From Gammaproteobacteria bacterium (GTDB taxonomy: Bacteria > Pseudomonadota > Gammaproteobacteria > CBDBNL01 > JAAOII01), in contig OZ242372.1 of the NCBI GenBank assembly GCA_965209035.1, positions 608,001 through 672,000 on the forward strand: a stretch of DNA of 64,000 bases, read 5' to 3'. The position numbers and the translations under genes were made by a program. Below the pieces are notes generated by a model. The model was not told where the DNA came from. It did no database searches and saw only the letters and a list, made by a program, of their open reading frames with translations. Every line of letters begins with the position of its first letter. Position 1 is the stretch's first letter. Below are positions 1 through 10,403 of this stretch, piece by piece.

Positions 1-1532
1 TTGACGGCACCCGGATGCCGCTTAATGTGCCGATACATCCTCGGCTGTGTGATGGCCGGCTCATCGGCTTCGTTATGGCCGTATTTGCGATAACAGATCA
101 AATCAATCACCACATCGGAATGAAACTCCGCCCGATACTCCAACGCCAGTTTTCCTGCAAAAAGAAGCGCTTCCGGGTCGTCGCCATTCACATGAAATAT
201 CGGAGCGCCGATGAACTTGGCAATGTCGGTGGCATAAAAAGTGGAACGCGCATCACCCGCCAAACTGGTTGTGAAACCGATTTGATTATCCAGAATGATA
301 TGCACCGTACCTCCTATGTGAAAACCGCGCAGCTGCGACATTTGCAACGATTCCATCACCACACCTTGACCGGAAAAGGCCGCATCGCCGTGAATGGCAA
401 TCGGCAGCACCCGCTTGCCCTCGCTGTCTTTGCGTCTGTCCTGGCGTGCCCGCACCGAGCCCATCAACACCGGGATGACGATTTCCAAATGGGACGGATT
501 AAACGCAAGAGCCATATGCACTGCGCCGCCTTCGGTGTTCAGATTGCTGGAAATCCCCTGATGATACTTGACATCACCGCCAAAATCCTCCGGAGCGCCG
601 ACGCCAATTTTACCCTCAAACTCGTCAAAAAGAGACTTGGGACTCTTGCCGAAGATATTCACCAGCATGTTCAAGCGGCCGCGGTGTGCCATGCCGATGA
701 CGATTTCCTTACAACCCGCCTCGCCCGCGGATTGCACCAGGTAATCCGTTAGCGGTATGAGTGCTTCGCCGCCCTCCAAACCGAAGCGCTTGGTGCCGGG
801 ATACTTGGCGGCGAGTGCGTGTTCCAAGCCGGCGGCGGCAATCAACTTGCCAAGAATTCTGCGTTTTTGTGGTTTTGCCCAGTTGTAATGGCCGGCGGCA
901 TTTTCCATCTTTTGTTTCAACCACTTTCTTTTCCGCCTGTCGTCAATATGTATGAACTCGGCGCCGATGGAACCGCAGTAGGTTTGTTTTAGCAGGCCGA
1001 CATATTTGTTCAAAGGGATCTTGCCTTTGACCGGCAAGAAGGTGGAAGAAACATCGCAAGCAGCCGTGGGGTCGCCGTTGAGAAGTTTCTTATAGGCATT
1101 ATCCAATTCGGCAGTATCCCGCCGTTGCCTGTATTCCAGAGGATTAATGCGGGCAGCCTTGTGCCCGTGAATGCGGTAGGCCTGTGCCAGATCGTAGGAA
1201 CTGCCATGCAACCCCCGCGTTTCGTCCGCGGTGTCCGCGATGACCCCGATTTCGGCGGGGGTTCCGTTATGATGCCGCTGTGCCGGAACCTGTTGTTCCA
1301 ATCGCCGCAGCAAAGTCGCATAGCCAACATCCGCCTCGGCAATTCCGTCGCCGTTTTTCAGTTGGCGAAAATAGTTTCTCCAGGTTTCGGGAACAGCAAG
1401 CGGATCCTTAAGATACTCGTCATACAGGATCTCCAAGTAAACCAGGTTATTGCCGGATGACTGCGAAGACGCAATGCCAAGATCCGCCGGATCGTTCTTA
1501 TATTCGGGCAAAGAGCCGTGATCACTTGCCAT
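1..1532 (-). CDS. sucA: 2-oxoglutarate dehydrogenase E1 component (5' part; runs off window)
   Basis: Manual translation from ATG 1532: MASDHG...NLVYLEILYDEYLKDP...TYCGSIGAEFIHI...KYPGTKRFGLEGGEALIP...GMAHRGRLN. Absent from the ORF track because there is no stop in the window; lies downstream of sdhB. Confidence 0.96.
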   Translation of the reverse strand, partial: MASDHGSLPEYKNDPADLGIASSQSSGNNLVYLEILYDEYLKDPLAVPETWRNYFRQLKNGDGIAEADVGYATLLRRLEQQVPAQRHHNGTPAEIGVIADTADETRGLHGSSYDLAQAYRIHGHKAARINPLEYRQRRDTAELDNAYKKLLNGDPTAACDVSSTFLPVKGKIPLNKYVGLLKQTYCGSIGAEFIHIDDRRKRKWLKQKMENAAGHYNWAKPQKRRILGKLIAAAGLEHALAAKYPGTKRFGLEGGEALIPLTDYLVQSAGEAGCKEIVIGMAHRGRLNMLVNIFGKSPKSLFDEFEGKIGVGAPEDFGGDVKYHQGISSNLNTEGGAVHMALAFNPSHLEIVIPVLMGSVRARQDRRKDSEGKRVLPIAIHGDAAFSGQGVVMESLQMSQLRGFHIGGTVHIILDNQIGFTTSLAGDARSTFYATDIAKFIGAPIFHVNGDDPEALLFAGKLALEYRAEFHSDVVIDLICYRKYGHNEADEPAITQPRMYRHIKRHPGAV

Positions 1533-1543
1533 CTCAGTCCGAG

Positions 1544-1855
1544 TTATCTCTTGTTTTCGTGATAACCGCTGATTGAGGTGACCTCGTCATTTTCAATCGT
1601 AATTGCAAAGGAGGTATCCAGATCTCGGGTGGAATAAGCCCAGATCCACTTTTCGCCGCCGATATACGGTTCTACCAGATAGGGGGTCCCCAATAATTCT
1701 TCTACCATCTCCTCGCTCATACCGATTTCAACCTTGTCGGCGTTTTCTTCGTCAAAGTAAACACCGCTGGTCGGGGTCGCACATGCCGCCAAAAGAGAGA
1801 AAGCAACCGCAAAAACAAAACTACCGAAACCAACGAACGGACTTCTGTTACGCAC
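1544..1855 (-). CDS. Small lipoprotein with SmpA/OmlA (BamE-like) domain
   Basis: Signal peptide with lipobox LAAC, and IGMSEEMVEELLGTPY...W.Y pattern typical of SmpA_OmlA/BamE-like domains. Confidence 0.75.
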   Translation of the reverse strand: MRNRSPFVGFGSFVFAVAFSLLAACATPTSGVYFDEENADKVEIGMSEEMVEELLGTPYLVEPYIGGEKWIWAYSTRDLDTSFAITIENDEVTSISGYHENKR

Positions 1856-2558
1856 GATTGGCTGCCATCATCTTTTTGATATTACCGATTGCCTTGGTAG
1901 GATTTAATTCCTTGGGGCAAACACTGACGCAATTCATGATCCCGCGACAGCGAAACACGCTGTAAGCGTCTTCCAGTTCTTCGAGGCGTTCCGAGGTGGC
2001 TCGATCGCGACTGTCCGCAAGAAACCGATAGGATTGCAGCAAGCCGGCGGGGCCGATGAACTTGTCGGGGTTCCACCAGAAAGACGGGCATGATGTGGAA
2101 CAGCAGGCACAAAGAATGCACTCATAAAGCCCGTCCAGTTTGGCGCGCTCCTCGGGGGACTGCAGCCGCTCGATGCCGGTCGTCGGCTCGTCATTCATTA
2201 AATAAGGCTTTATTTTTTCGTATTGACGATAAAACGGTTCCATATCCACGACCAGATCGCGCACCACAGGCAATCCCGGCAAAGGGCGAAGCACCAGTTT
2301 GTTACCGCGCGCCGCCTTGGACAAGGGGGTAACACAAGCCAGTGCGTTCTTGCCGTTAATGTTCATTCCGTCGGAACCGCAAACACCTTCGCGACAAGAA
2401 CGGCGAAAGGCCAGGGACGGTATTTTCTTTTCTTTTACCAAATGAAGGATATCCAGCACCATCAAATCTTTGCCTTTCGGCAGATCGACTTCCACGGATT
2501 GCATATAGGGTTTGCGATCCTCGTCCGGATTGTATCTGTAAATGTCTACTTTTAGCAT
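1848..2558 (-). CDS. sdhB: Succinate dehydrogenase iron-sulfur subunit
   Basis: RRSCREGVCGSDG, CILCACCSTSCP, CRGIMNCVSVCP. Confidence 0.98.
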   Translation of the reverse strand: MLKVDIYRYNPDEDRKPYMQSVEVDLPKGKDLMVLDILHLVKEKKIPSLAFRRSCREGVCGSDGMNINGKNALACVTPLSKAARGNKLVLRPLPGLPVVRDLVVDMEPFYRQYEKIKPYLMNDEPTTGIERLQSPEERAKLDGLYECILCACCSTSCPSFWWNPDKFIGPAGLLQSYRFLADSRDRATSERLEELEDAYSVFRCRGIMNCVSVCPKELNPTKAIGNIKKMMAANRA

Positions 2559-2559
2559 A

Positions 2560-4332
2560 TTAATAAGTTCTTATTTGAGGTTTAAATGTATCCATACTCT
2601 CCGGCTGCATATTGACGGCGCGCTTGGTGATCTTGGCGGCACCCTTGTAATACACCGAATGCACCAACCAGTTTTTGTCGTCTCGGTCGGGGCAGTCGTC
2701 GCGCGAATGTGCGCCGCGACTTTCCGTACGCTGAAAGGCGGCAACGGCTGTCGCCATCGCAACTTCCATCAGGTTATCCAACTCCAGGGCTTCTATGCGT
2801 GCCGTATTGAAAACGCGACTCTTATCGGGCAAATGGGCTTTTTCAATCCGTGCTCGGATTTCATTCAGTTTCTTGATGCCGTGTTCCATCTTCTCGCCGG
2901 TTCTAAATACGCCAAAATATTGCTGCATAATCTCTTGTAAGTTAAAACGAATGGCGTCCGGAGTTTCCCCTCCTTCGGAAGCATCCCAACGGTTAAGACG
3001 GGCGGCTGCTTTTTCCAAATCGTCGTCCGCAGGGTCCGTGCCGGCATCTCCTTCCTTAAGAGCCCTTTCCAAGAACAGACCCGTGGCACGACCAAACACA
3101 ATCAAGTCCAACAGCGAATTGCCACCGAGCCGGTTGGCACCATGCACCGAAACACAGGCACTTTCACCCACCGCATAAAGACCGTCAATCAACTCGTCCT
3201 TGCCGCCGGGTTTCGGATTCATCGCTTGGCCGTAAATGTTCGTCGGCACGCCGCCCATCATATAGTGGCATGTCGGGATGACGGGAATCGGCTCTTTCGC
3301 CGGGTCCACATGTGCGAAGGTTTTTGATAATTCCACGATACCGGGCAGTCTGCTGTTCAGGGTTTCCGCCCCCAGATGATCCAACTTAAGCAGGACATGG
3401 TCTTTTTTATCGCCGACCCCGCGCCCTTCCATAGTTTCCAGAGTCATCGAGCGTGCCACCACATCCCGTCCGGCAAGGTCCTTGGCGTTGGGTGCGTACC
3501 GCTCCATAAACCGTTCGCCTTCGCCGTTAATCAGATAACCGCCTTCGCCGCGACAGCCTTCGGTAACAAGGACGCCCGCCCCGTAAATGCCGGTGGGATG
3601 AAACTGCCACATTTCCATATCTTGCAGGGCAAAGCCCGCTCGCAATGTCATTCCCAAGCCGTCCCCCGTATTAATGTGCGCGTTGGTGGTGGATTGATAA
3701 ATCCGCCCGGCACCGCCGGTCGCCAACACAACGGCTCGCGCCCGCACAAAAACCCGCTCGCCTGTCTCAATGCAGATTGCCAGGACACCGCAAACTTGCG
3801 ACTTGTGGTTGGTCACCAAATCTATGGCAAACCACTCATTAAGGAAACTTGTGCCGTATTTGATGTTGGCTTGAAAAAGAGTATGCAACAGTGCGTGCCC
3901 CGTCCTGTCGGCGGCGGCGCATGTTCTGGCAGCCTGCCCGCCCTTGCCGAAGTCCTTGGATTGCCCGCCAAAAGGACGCTGATAGATTCGCCCGTTTTCC
4001 GTGCGCGAAAAAGGCAAACCCAGATGCTCCATCTCAAAAACGGCTTTGGGTCCCTCGCGGCACATATATTCAATTGCATTCTGATCGCCTATGTAATCCG
4101 AGCCTTTGACTGTGTCATACATATGCCAACGCCAATCGTCTTCCGGGTCGGCACTGGCAATCGCACAGGTAATTCCGCCCTGGGCGGAAACTGTGTGTGA
4201 GCGGGTTGGGAACACCTTGCTGAGAACGGCAGTGCGCAGACCGGAGCGCGCCAACTGCAAGGAAGTCCGTAGCCCGGAACCGCCGCCGCCAATGATGACG
4301 GCATCGTAAGATTCTTGATGAATTTTAGGCAT
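2560..4332 (-). CDS. sdhA: Succinate dehydrogenase flavoprotein subunit
   Basis: GGGGSG FAD motif, [29 protein letters not shown]. Confidence 0.98.
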   Translation of the reverse strand: MPKIHQESYDAVIIGGGGSGLRTSLQLARSGLRTAVLSKVFPTRSHTVSAQGGITCAIASADPEDDWRWHMYDTVKGSDYIGDQNAIEYMCREGPKAVFEMEHLGLPFSRTENGRIYQRPFGGQSKDFGKGGQAARTCAAADRTGHALLHTLFQANIKYGTSFLNEWFAIDLVTNHKSQVCGVLAICIETGERVFVRARAVVLATGGAGRIYQSTTNAHINTGDGLGMTLRAGFALQDMEMWQFHPTGIYGAGVLVTEGCRGEGGYLINGEGERFMERYAPNAKDLAGRDVVARSMTLETMEGRGVGDKKDHVLLKLDHLGAETLNSRLPGIVELSKTFAHVDPAKEPIPVIPTCHYMMGGVPTNIYGQAMNPKPGGKDELIDGLYAVGESACVSVHGANRLGGNSLLDLIVFGRATGLFLERALKEGDAGTDPADDDLEKAAARLNRWDASEGGETPDAIRFNLQEIMQQYFGVFRTGEKMEHGIKKLNEIRARIEKAHLPDKSRVFNTARIEALELDNLMEVAMATAVAAFQRTESRGAHSRDDCPDRDDKNWLVHSVYYKGAAKITKRAVNMQPESMDTFKPQIRTY

Positions 4333-4395
4333 CTTCTTTATTTGTTTTTATTTTATTAAAGTGACCGAGTGATTGATGCTGTCGTCGCCGCCCGA

Positions 4396-4740
4396 TTACA
4401 GTTGCCAGAGGACAGTGACAACCCACGCCAACTGTGCGAAGACTCCCAATGCCAGTAATGCCAACAACAACAGACGCAACCCCGTAGCCCGAACATAGTC
4501 GGTCAAAATAGTCCATACGCCCACCCAGATATGACCGGTTAATGCCACCATAGCAATTAAGGTGAAAATCCGCACGGGGGTATTGCGAAATAAGCCGAAC
4601 CACTCGTCATATGTCGGTTGGCCGCCGCAGACAGCAAAAAACCATACCAAAAACAACACATATGCCAGCAAAATAACCGCCGAAAAACGCTGCACCAGAT
4701 AATCCGCCAAACCGCTGCGGGTAAGATTTGTCGCACTCAT
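4396..4740 (-). CDS. sdhD: Succinate dehydrogenase membrane anchor subunit
   Basis: Start reassigned to ATG 4740 (MSATNLTRSGLADYLVQRFSAV...HIWVGVWTILTDY), overlapping the sdhC stop. Confidence 0.93.
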   Translation of the reverse strand: MSATNLTRSGLADYLVQRFSAVILLAYVLFLVWFFAVCGGQPTYDEWFGLFRNTPVRIFTLIAMVALTGHIWVGVWTILTDYVRATGLRLLLLALLALGVFAQLAWVVTVLWQL

Positions 4741-5120
4741 AAGAATAGCAGATAAAACACTACAAGAGAAAACACCAAGCCAAAAAGAATGACCAGGCGA
4801 GAAAGCAACTTGGCACTGCGCAGTTCCTCGCCCCAACCGAGGTCCATCAACAGATGCTTAACGCCGGCAAGCAAATGATAAAACAACAGACTGGCAAACA
4901 ACCACAGGGCAACGGAAAAAGGAGGGAGTTGCAACACGGACGCCACTTGGCGATAGGCGGTTTCGCCGGTGAGCGAGTAGGACCAGCCCCATATGAGCGC
5001 CGGCAGACCGAACACCAACATCAGGCCGCTGATGCGATGCAAGATAGAAGCGATTGCCATTACGGGAAACCGAAAGGCAAACAAGTTCAAATTGACCGGT
5101 CGTGTTTGTTTACTCGTCAT
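4737..5120 (-). CDS. sdhC: Succinate dehydrogenase cytochrome b556 subunit
   Basis: RPVNLNL...SILHRISG...YHLLAGVKHLLMD. Confidence 0.96.
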   Translation of the reverse strand: MTSKQTRPVNLNLFAFRFPVMAIASILHRISGLMLVFGLPALIWGWSYSLTGETAYRQVASVLQLPPFSVALWLFASLLFYHLLAGVKHLLMDLGWGEELRSAKLLSRLVILFGLVFSLVVFYLLFL

Positions 5121-5244
5121 TTAATTAATAAATACAATATCTGTTGCTGTTAATTAGTATCAGTTAAATAGTATTGTATAACAAATCCATAGTAAAAATT
5201 ACTTTTGGTGTTTGGTGTTTGGCTTTTGGCGGAGATTTCTTCGG

Positions 5245-5345
5245 TCGGAATGGGAATGATATGGCATTTGGGGATGGGGATGAGGATGAGGATGATGCTG
5301 GCGTGGCGGCGATGGCGATGATAGCGATAGCGGCGATGTTCGTGT
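5245..5345. repeat. Degenerate hexamer tandem repeat (GGGATG/GAGGAT/GCGATG/GCGATA)
   Basis: ggggatggggatgaggatgaggatgatg...ggcgatggcgatgatagcgatagcggcgatg, upstream of sdhC. Confidence 0.7.
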
Positions 5346-5621
5346 TGATGTTGCCTATTGTAGTTAACTCCGGCTAAAAATGTATGCATCGGCAAACACG
5401 CAATGCAAGTTGTGCCGGATGATCGGTCTTATCTCCATAACTCATATTATAAGTGAATAAACAAACCGAGAAATTGGAGGTTTTAGAGAATGGAAACAAC
5501 TTCCGCCGCCAGATCCCAAACTTCCCAAAATGCCCAAACTCACCTTATGTTTTTATTCTTGCGGCAGTGCGGCAGCCGAGCTCCCTTGCCCTCCTGTTTG
5601 CGGGTTCTTTAATAGCCGGGC

Positions 5622-7220
5622 TTATTTTCCGGGCGGTGACGATTCTGACGATTCTTTTGCGGGGCCCAGTTCGCGCCGGATCCCGTCCGTCAGTTCGGTG
5701 AGTGCGGCATTTGACATGATGACAATCCTGTCGCCGTTCTTTGCCCTTTTACCGAGTTGTGTGCACAGGGTTCGTATGTCCGTAAAGAAATTTGCCCGCA
5801 GGCTACCTCGCTCGTTGGCAAACAGAAGGGTCGGGTCCCAGTGCAACGGGCGCGGCGCAAACCAGAAAACCTCGTCCGCAACGGCAGTCGCAGCCGCCAG
5901 ACTCTCTTTGTGAACTCCCAAACGCATACTATTGGAAGCCGGCACAACCACGGCAAGTAACCGTCGCTGATTCGCTTCCTTTAAAGCTTCCAAACTCGCG
6001 CGAATGGCGGTGGGATGATGGGCAAAGTCGCTGATCAATTCTATGCCCGGCTCGTTTCGGCCGAAAAACCCGAGCGACTGCAACCGCCTTTCTACCCCGC
6101 GAAAACCGGCGAGCGCATCGGTGGGATCCGCCTTGGTTAAAAGACGCAGGCACGCCAAGGCGGCGAGCGTATTGTCCGCATTATGTCTGCCCGTCAAACG
6201 CGATGTAAATTGAAGTTTAAACCCACTCCGATCATCGCCCGTCTCCTCTTGCGTCCGGGCAGCTGTGACGGCATCCTGTTTTACCGGGGCGGCTGCGCTG
6301 GCATTTTCTTTTTCACCGCCGAGAATGTACTGCTCGGCGAACCAAGCATTATCGCAGCCGTTGTCCTTATCGTGGCCATTGCCGGAGCCCTTGCGGCCGA
6401 TTGTCCACAGAGTGGCGTCCTTGGCGGCTTGGGCGGCCGCAAGGGCTTCGGGTAACTCATCGGCATGGCAAAGGCGATGGCGATGGGCGCGGCATTCTTC
6501 CGCTAGTAATTTTTCCAATACCTTATTGCCGTGCCGATAAATGACATGACCGCGTTCCGGGACGGTGCGCAGCAGGTGACGGAACTCCCTGACCAATGCC
6601 TCCATATCCGGGAAGATGTCGGCATGATCGTATTCCAGATTATTAATAACAAGAATGTCCGGTCTGTAATGAATGAACTTTGCTCGTTTGTCGAAGAAGG
6701 CACTGTCGTATTCGTCCGCTTCCAGCACAAACAGATCCCCGCCGCCCGGGTCGGCCGGCAAGTTAAAGTTTTTGGAATGACCGCCGATTAGGTAGCCCGG
6801 TCGCAGGCCGCATTCGCGGCAAAGATGGGCAAGGAGCGCGGTTGTGGTTGTTTTACCGTGTGTTCCCGCAACCGCGCAGACTGTGCGCATTCCCGGTTGC
6901 CTTAGCAGATGCCGTGCCAACCATTCGGGGGCGGAAACATAGGGCAGATGTTCGTTGAGGATTTTTTCCACGGACGGCACCCCCCGCTGCATTGCATTGC
7001 CAATCACATACAGATCGGCGGACGGCAAGTTGTCCGCCGCGTAGTTTTCAATCACACGCACACCCGCTCCGGCAAGAATGTCGCTCATAGGCGGATAGAT
7101 CCGCGCATCCGTGCCGCTAATTTTGTATCCCAAAGAGCGCGCCAACAAGGCAAGCCCTGTCATGAAGGTGCCGGCAATCCCCAGAAAATGGATGTGTGTT
7201 GTTTGATGCGATGTCGTCAT
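5622..7220 (-). CDS. mpl: Murein peptide ligase (UDP-MurNAc:L-Ala-gamma-D-Glu-meso-DAP ligase)
   Basis: HFLGIAGTFMTGLA, VAGTHGKTTTT, EADEYDSAFFDKRAKF, DFAHHPTAI. Confidence 0.95.
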   Translation of the reverse strand: MTTSHQTTHIHFLGIAGTFMTGLALLARSLGYKISGTDARIYPPMSDILAGAGVRVIENYAADNLPSADLYVIGNAMQRGVPSVEKILNEHLPYVSAPEWLARHLLRQPGMRTVCAVAGTHGKTTTTALLAHLCRECGLRPGYLIGGHSKNFNLPADPGGGDLFVLEADEYDSAFFDKRAKFIHYRPDILVINNLEYDHADIFPDMEALVREFRHLLRTVPERGHVIYRHGNKVLEKLLAEECRAHRHRLCHADELPEALAAAQAAKDATLWTIGRKGSGNGHDKDNGCDNAWFAEQYILGGEKENASAAAPVKQDAVTAARTQEETGDDRSGFKLQFTSRLTGRHNADNTLAALACLRLLTKADPTDALAGFRGVERRLQSLGFFGRNEPGIELISDFAHHPTAIRASLEALKEANQRRLLAVVVPASNSMRLGVHKESLAAATAVADEVFWFAPRPLHWDPTLLFANERGSLRANFFTDIRTLCTQLGKRAKNGDRIVIMSNAALTELTDGIRRELGPAKESSESSPPGK

Positions 7221-7316
7221 TTTAGTTGTGAGCCGGGACGCAAAAGCGACCGCACTTTTAATCCGGTGAGAGCGAGGGCGGAAGAAGAAACGGGCTGGCT
7301 CGGTCCCGCCCGTCTG

Positions 7317-8525
7317 TTATTGATCCGATGTCCGTGATACGAAAGGAGGCCCGCTGCGCGGACGGCAAGATAACGCACACCAATAACGCGCGCCGATTCC
7401 CAGAGCAGCGTCATTAAAGTCATACTTCGGCGTATGCAGCGGTGAGGAGTTGCCGTTGCCCAGCCAAGCATAGCAGCCGGGAACCTCTTCCAGCATATAA
7501 GCAAAATCTTCGCCGCCGGTGCTCGGCAACAGATCTCGTCTGACGCGTCGGGACGAAACGGCACGGGCGGCGGATTCGCAAAAATCCGCCGACTCCTTTT
7601 CATTAATAGTAGCCACGGTCACCGTCTTTTCGGTGAAGTTGCCTTTCAGACCATAGGCACCGCATACGGAAGACAGCAGGCGGCGCATGCCGGTAACAAG
7701 AGTGCGCCGCGTCTGTTTGCGGAAGTAACGCAGCGTTCCTTTTAAGTGCACAGTTGCCGGCAGGACATTGTAATTCTCGCCGGCATGGCAGGCGGTAAAA
7801 CTCACAACCGCGGTATCCGCAGGGTCCGTATCCCGACTAACCAATGTCTGGGCGAGGTTCATAAATTGCGCCGCCGCCAACAAGGCATCCTTGCCCTTGT
7901 GCGGTATGGCGGCATGCCCGCCCTGGCCGCGAATTTCTATGTCAAACAGATCCACCGCCGCCATCACTTCCGCATCAAAAACAGCAAACTGCCCAACAGG
8001 CAACCCCGGCCAATTATGCAAACCAAACACGCGCCGCATCGGAAACTTACGAAATAACCCGGCATTCATCATCTTGACGGCGCCGTCCCCCTCTTCTTCG
8101 GCAGGTTGAAAAATAAAGTAAACAGTGCCGGCAAGATGTTCGCGTCGTGCCGCCAAGAAGTCCGCCGCCGCGAGCAGCATCGCGGTATGCCCGTCGTGGC
8201 CGCAGGCATGCATCACGCCCGGGTTGGCGGAGCGATGCTTAAAAGTATTTTCCTCCCGGATGGGAAGCGCGTCCATATCCGCGCGCAAGCCAATCGCCGG
8301 CAGCTCCCTTTTCCCGTTCGGGTGATCCAAGCGCGCCACCACTCCGCCGGCAAGCATCTTATAAGGAACATTCGCCTCTTTCAAACGCTCACAAACAAAC
8401 GCAGCCGTCCTCGCCTCTTCGCCGGAAAGTTCCGGCGCACGGTGCAGATGTCGTCGCCATTCGGTGTACTGCTTCTCGCGCCGGGCAAGATCGGCAAAGG
8501 GATATTTTTTGGCGTTTGGTTTCAT
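7317..8525 (-). CDS. M20D family amidohydrolase (hippurate hydrolase-like)
   Basis: LRADMDALP, MHACGHDGHT, FQPAEE, GGHAAIPH, GEDF, LHTPKYDFND. Confidence 0.93.
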   Translation of the reverse strand: MKPNAKKYPFADLARREKQYTEWRRHLHRAPELSGEEARTAAFVCERLKEANVPYKMLAGGVVARLDHPNGKRELPAIGLRADMDALPIREENTFKHRSANPGVMHACGHDGHTAMLLAAADFLAARREHLAGTVYFIFQPAEEEGDGAVKMMNAGLFRKFPMRRVFGLHNWPGLPVGQFAVFDAEVMAAVDLFDIEIRGQGGHAAIPHKGKDALLAAAQFMNLAQTLVSRDTDPADTAVVSFTACHAGENYNVLPATVHLKGTLRYFRKQTRRTLVTGMRRLLSSVCGAYGLKGNFTEKTVTVATINEKESADFCESAARAVSSRRVRRDLLPSTGGEDFAYMLEEVPGCYAWLGNGNSSPLHTPKYDFNDAALGIGARYWCALSCRPRSGPPFVSRTSDQ

Positions 8526-9256
8526 TTTGCCTCTGCCGATGCGACCGATGCGCTCGCCGGAGCCGAGGCGACCGCCCCGCCCCCGTCATACCATTTTTTT
8601 AAACTCGGCAATCCCTGCGCGCAGCGCCCCACCCAGCGGCCAATCGGCGGTAACTCTGCGGGAATATTAACGCGCCCCGTTTGCACACAATATTGAATGT
8701 GCGACAGGACGATGATGTCGGCATAGTTCGGCATGTTGCCGCCGAAGAACTTCTCCGCCTCCAAGAAATCCGCAATGGTGTCAAATGCTTTTATCAGTTT
8801 GGCCGGATCCGCCCCCTTGGCGGCATCTTCCAGTCGGCATCCCAACCGTTTTTCGCGCGTGGCGCGAAAATACTCCCTGTCCTCATCGGCAAGAGCATTA
8901 AAGATATTAAACGCGGCAAGCCTAAAAGACAACATATAAAAACTGTGCATCGTATGTTGCATGTAAACACTCTGGGCCCGCTCCGCTTCGTTACGAAACA
9001 ACTTGCCGCGGGCGGCATAGGACCGGTCCAGGTAGTTTGCAATTTCCCAAGAATCGTTCATCCCGATCATCTCATTGCAGAGAATGGGCACTGTCTTAAA
9101 TTCTTCATCGTGCGGTCCTCTCACCGTCGGGATTTTTTTGTAATTGATCGGCACAGACTCAAACTCCAGCCCGCGCAATTCCAACAGCAACCGAATGCGC
9201 CAGCAGGGCGGGCTATACAGAACACCGTCCGGTGTTGCCAGTTCGTAAAGTTTCAT
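8522..9256 (-). CDS. Glutathione S-transferase family protein (beta-etherase/LigE-like)
   Basis: YSPPCWRIRLLL, TVPIL, DSWEIANYLD, YFRATREKRLG, FFGGNMPNYAD. Confidence 0.85.
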   Translation of the reverse strand: MKLYELATPDGVLYSPPCWRIRLLLELRGLEFESVPINYKKIPTVRGPHDEEFKTVPILCNEMIGMNDSWEIANYLDRSYAARGKLFRNEAERAQSVYMQHTMHSFYMLSFRLAAFNIFNALADEDREYFRATREKRLGCRLEDAAKGADPAKLIKAFDTIADFLEAEKFFGGNMPNYADIIVLSHIQYCVQTGRVNIPAELPPIGRWVGRCAQGLPSLKKWYDGGGAVASAPASASVASAEAK

Positions 9257-9295
9257 AAAATTATTTTATATCGAAACCCGGCAAAAAAATTGTAT

Positions 9296-9833
9296 TGTGT
9301 ATGATCCCACCCGGTTTTGGACGCCGCGTGTTGTTGTCCGAAGCGAACTCAGCCGGCGAGAGTTGTTTGTGAGCATAACGGGGACGCTCGCGATGATACC
9401 AAGCCAGCCACTCGATGAGTTTGGCGTTGAATGCCGGCAGATCCTTAAACAGGAGATGCCGCATATGACAACCGAACTCTTCCCCCAAGGTATTTATTAA
9501 AGAAGTGCGATTAAACCGTTCGCAGTGTGCATTCATTTGCGGTTTCCCAAAAAACAACATAGTATAAGTATACCAGTGGGTGCTGCCGTTTGCGGTCACA
9601 ACCCGGTGGAAGTCTTTGGCGAACTCACTGCCATTGTCGGTGAGGACTTTTTCGATCCGCACGCCGAGCATGTTTTGCATGGCGGTGAACAGCCGGGCGG
9701 AACGGGCCGAAGCAGCGGAGGTGTCGACACTGACCAGTGAGATGTGTATGATCCCACCCGGTTTTGGACGCCGCGTGTTGTTGTCCGAAGCGAACTCAGC
9801 CGGCGAGAGTTGTTTGTGAGCATAACGGGGACG
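9296..9833 (-). mobile_element. IS481-family transposase remnant (integrase core C-terminal part) with duplicated 91-bp end
   Basis: IEKVLTDNGSEF...PQMNAHCERFNRT...WYHRERP..LSP; frame runs to a TGT terminus; 9296-9386 identical to 9743-9833. Confidence 0.85.
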
Positions 9834-9860
9834 GTTGAAATACTCTCGAGCAGTTTCTTA

Positions 9861-10403
9861 ATGCCTAACGGCTACTTTTTGTTGGTTTTGGTTTTTGTTT
9901 TGCCGCCGCCTCTGAGTGGCACAAGGATTCTGTCCGGCTTCTCGAGGTTGGAATAATTCACTGTCATCTTGCCACCGCCATCCTTCAAGTGGCTTAAAAG
10001 AAAGAATCTTAAGAATATTCCCGGCCCCCGCAAAGATGTTCGGATGTTTGAGATGTATAGACGCTTAGATGCCTAAACGGCTACTTTTTGTTGGTTTTGG
10101 TTTTTGTTTTGCCGCCGCCTCTGAGTGGCACAAGGATTCTGTCCAGTTCCTCGAGGTTGGAATAATTCACTGTCATCTTGCCACCGCCGTCCTTCAAGTG
10201 GCTTAAAAGAAAGAATCTTAAGAATATTCCCGGCCCCCGCAAAGATGTTCGGATGTTTGAGATGTATAGACGCTTAGATGCCTAAACGGCTACTTTTTGT
10301 TGGTTTTGGTTTTTGTTTTGCCGCCGCCTCTGAGTGGCACAAGGATTCTGTCCAGTTCCTCGAGGTTGGAATAATTCACTGTCATCTTGCCACCGCCATC
10401 CTT
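9861..10403. repeat. Tandem ~209-bp repeat containing the parB 3' end (two extra copies plus the native end)
   Basis: atgcctaa(a)cggctactttttgttgg...ccgcc(a/g)tcctt starts at 9861, 10069 and 10278. Confidence 0.95.

Noticed and set aside
15-752. 245-aa plus-strand ORF
   Set aside because: Codon-aligned antisense shadow of sucA.
3376-4200. 274-aa plus-strand ORF and similar long ORFs opposite metG, trkA, pyrC and aceE
   Set aside because: Antisense overlaps with well-supported genes.
9861-10403. CRISPR or integron cassette interpretation of the 209-bp repeats
   Set aside because: Intervening segments are identical; the repeat is parB coding sequence; no attC pattern or integrase.
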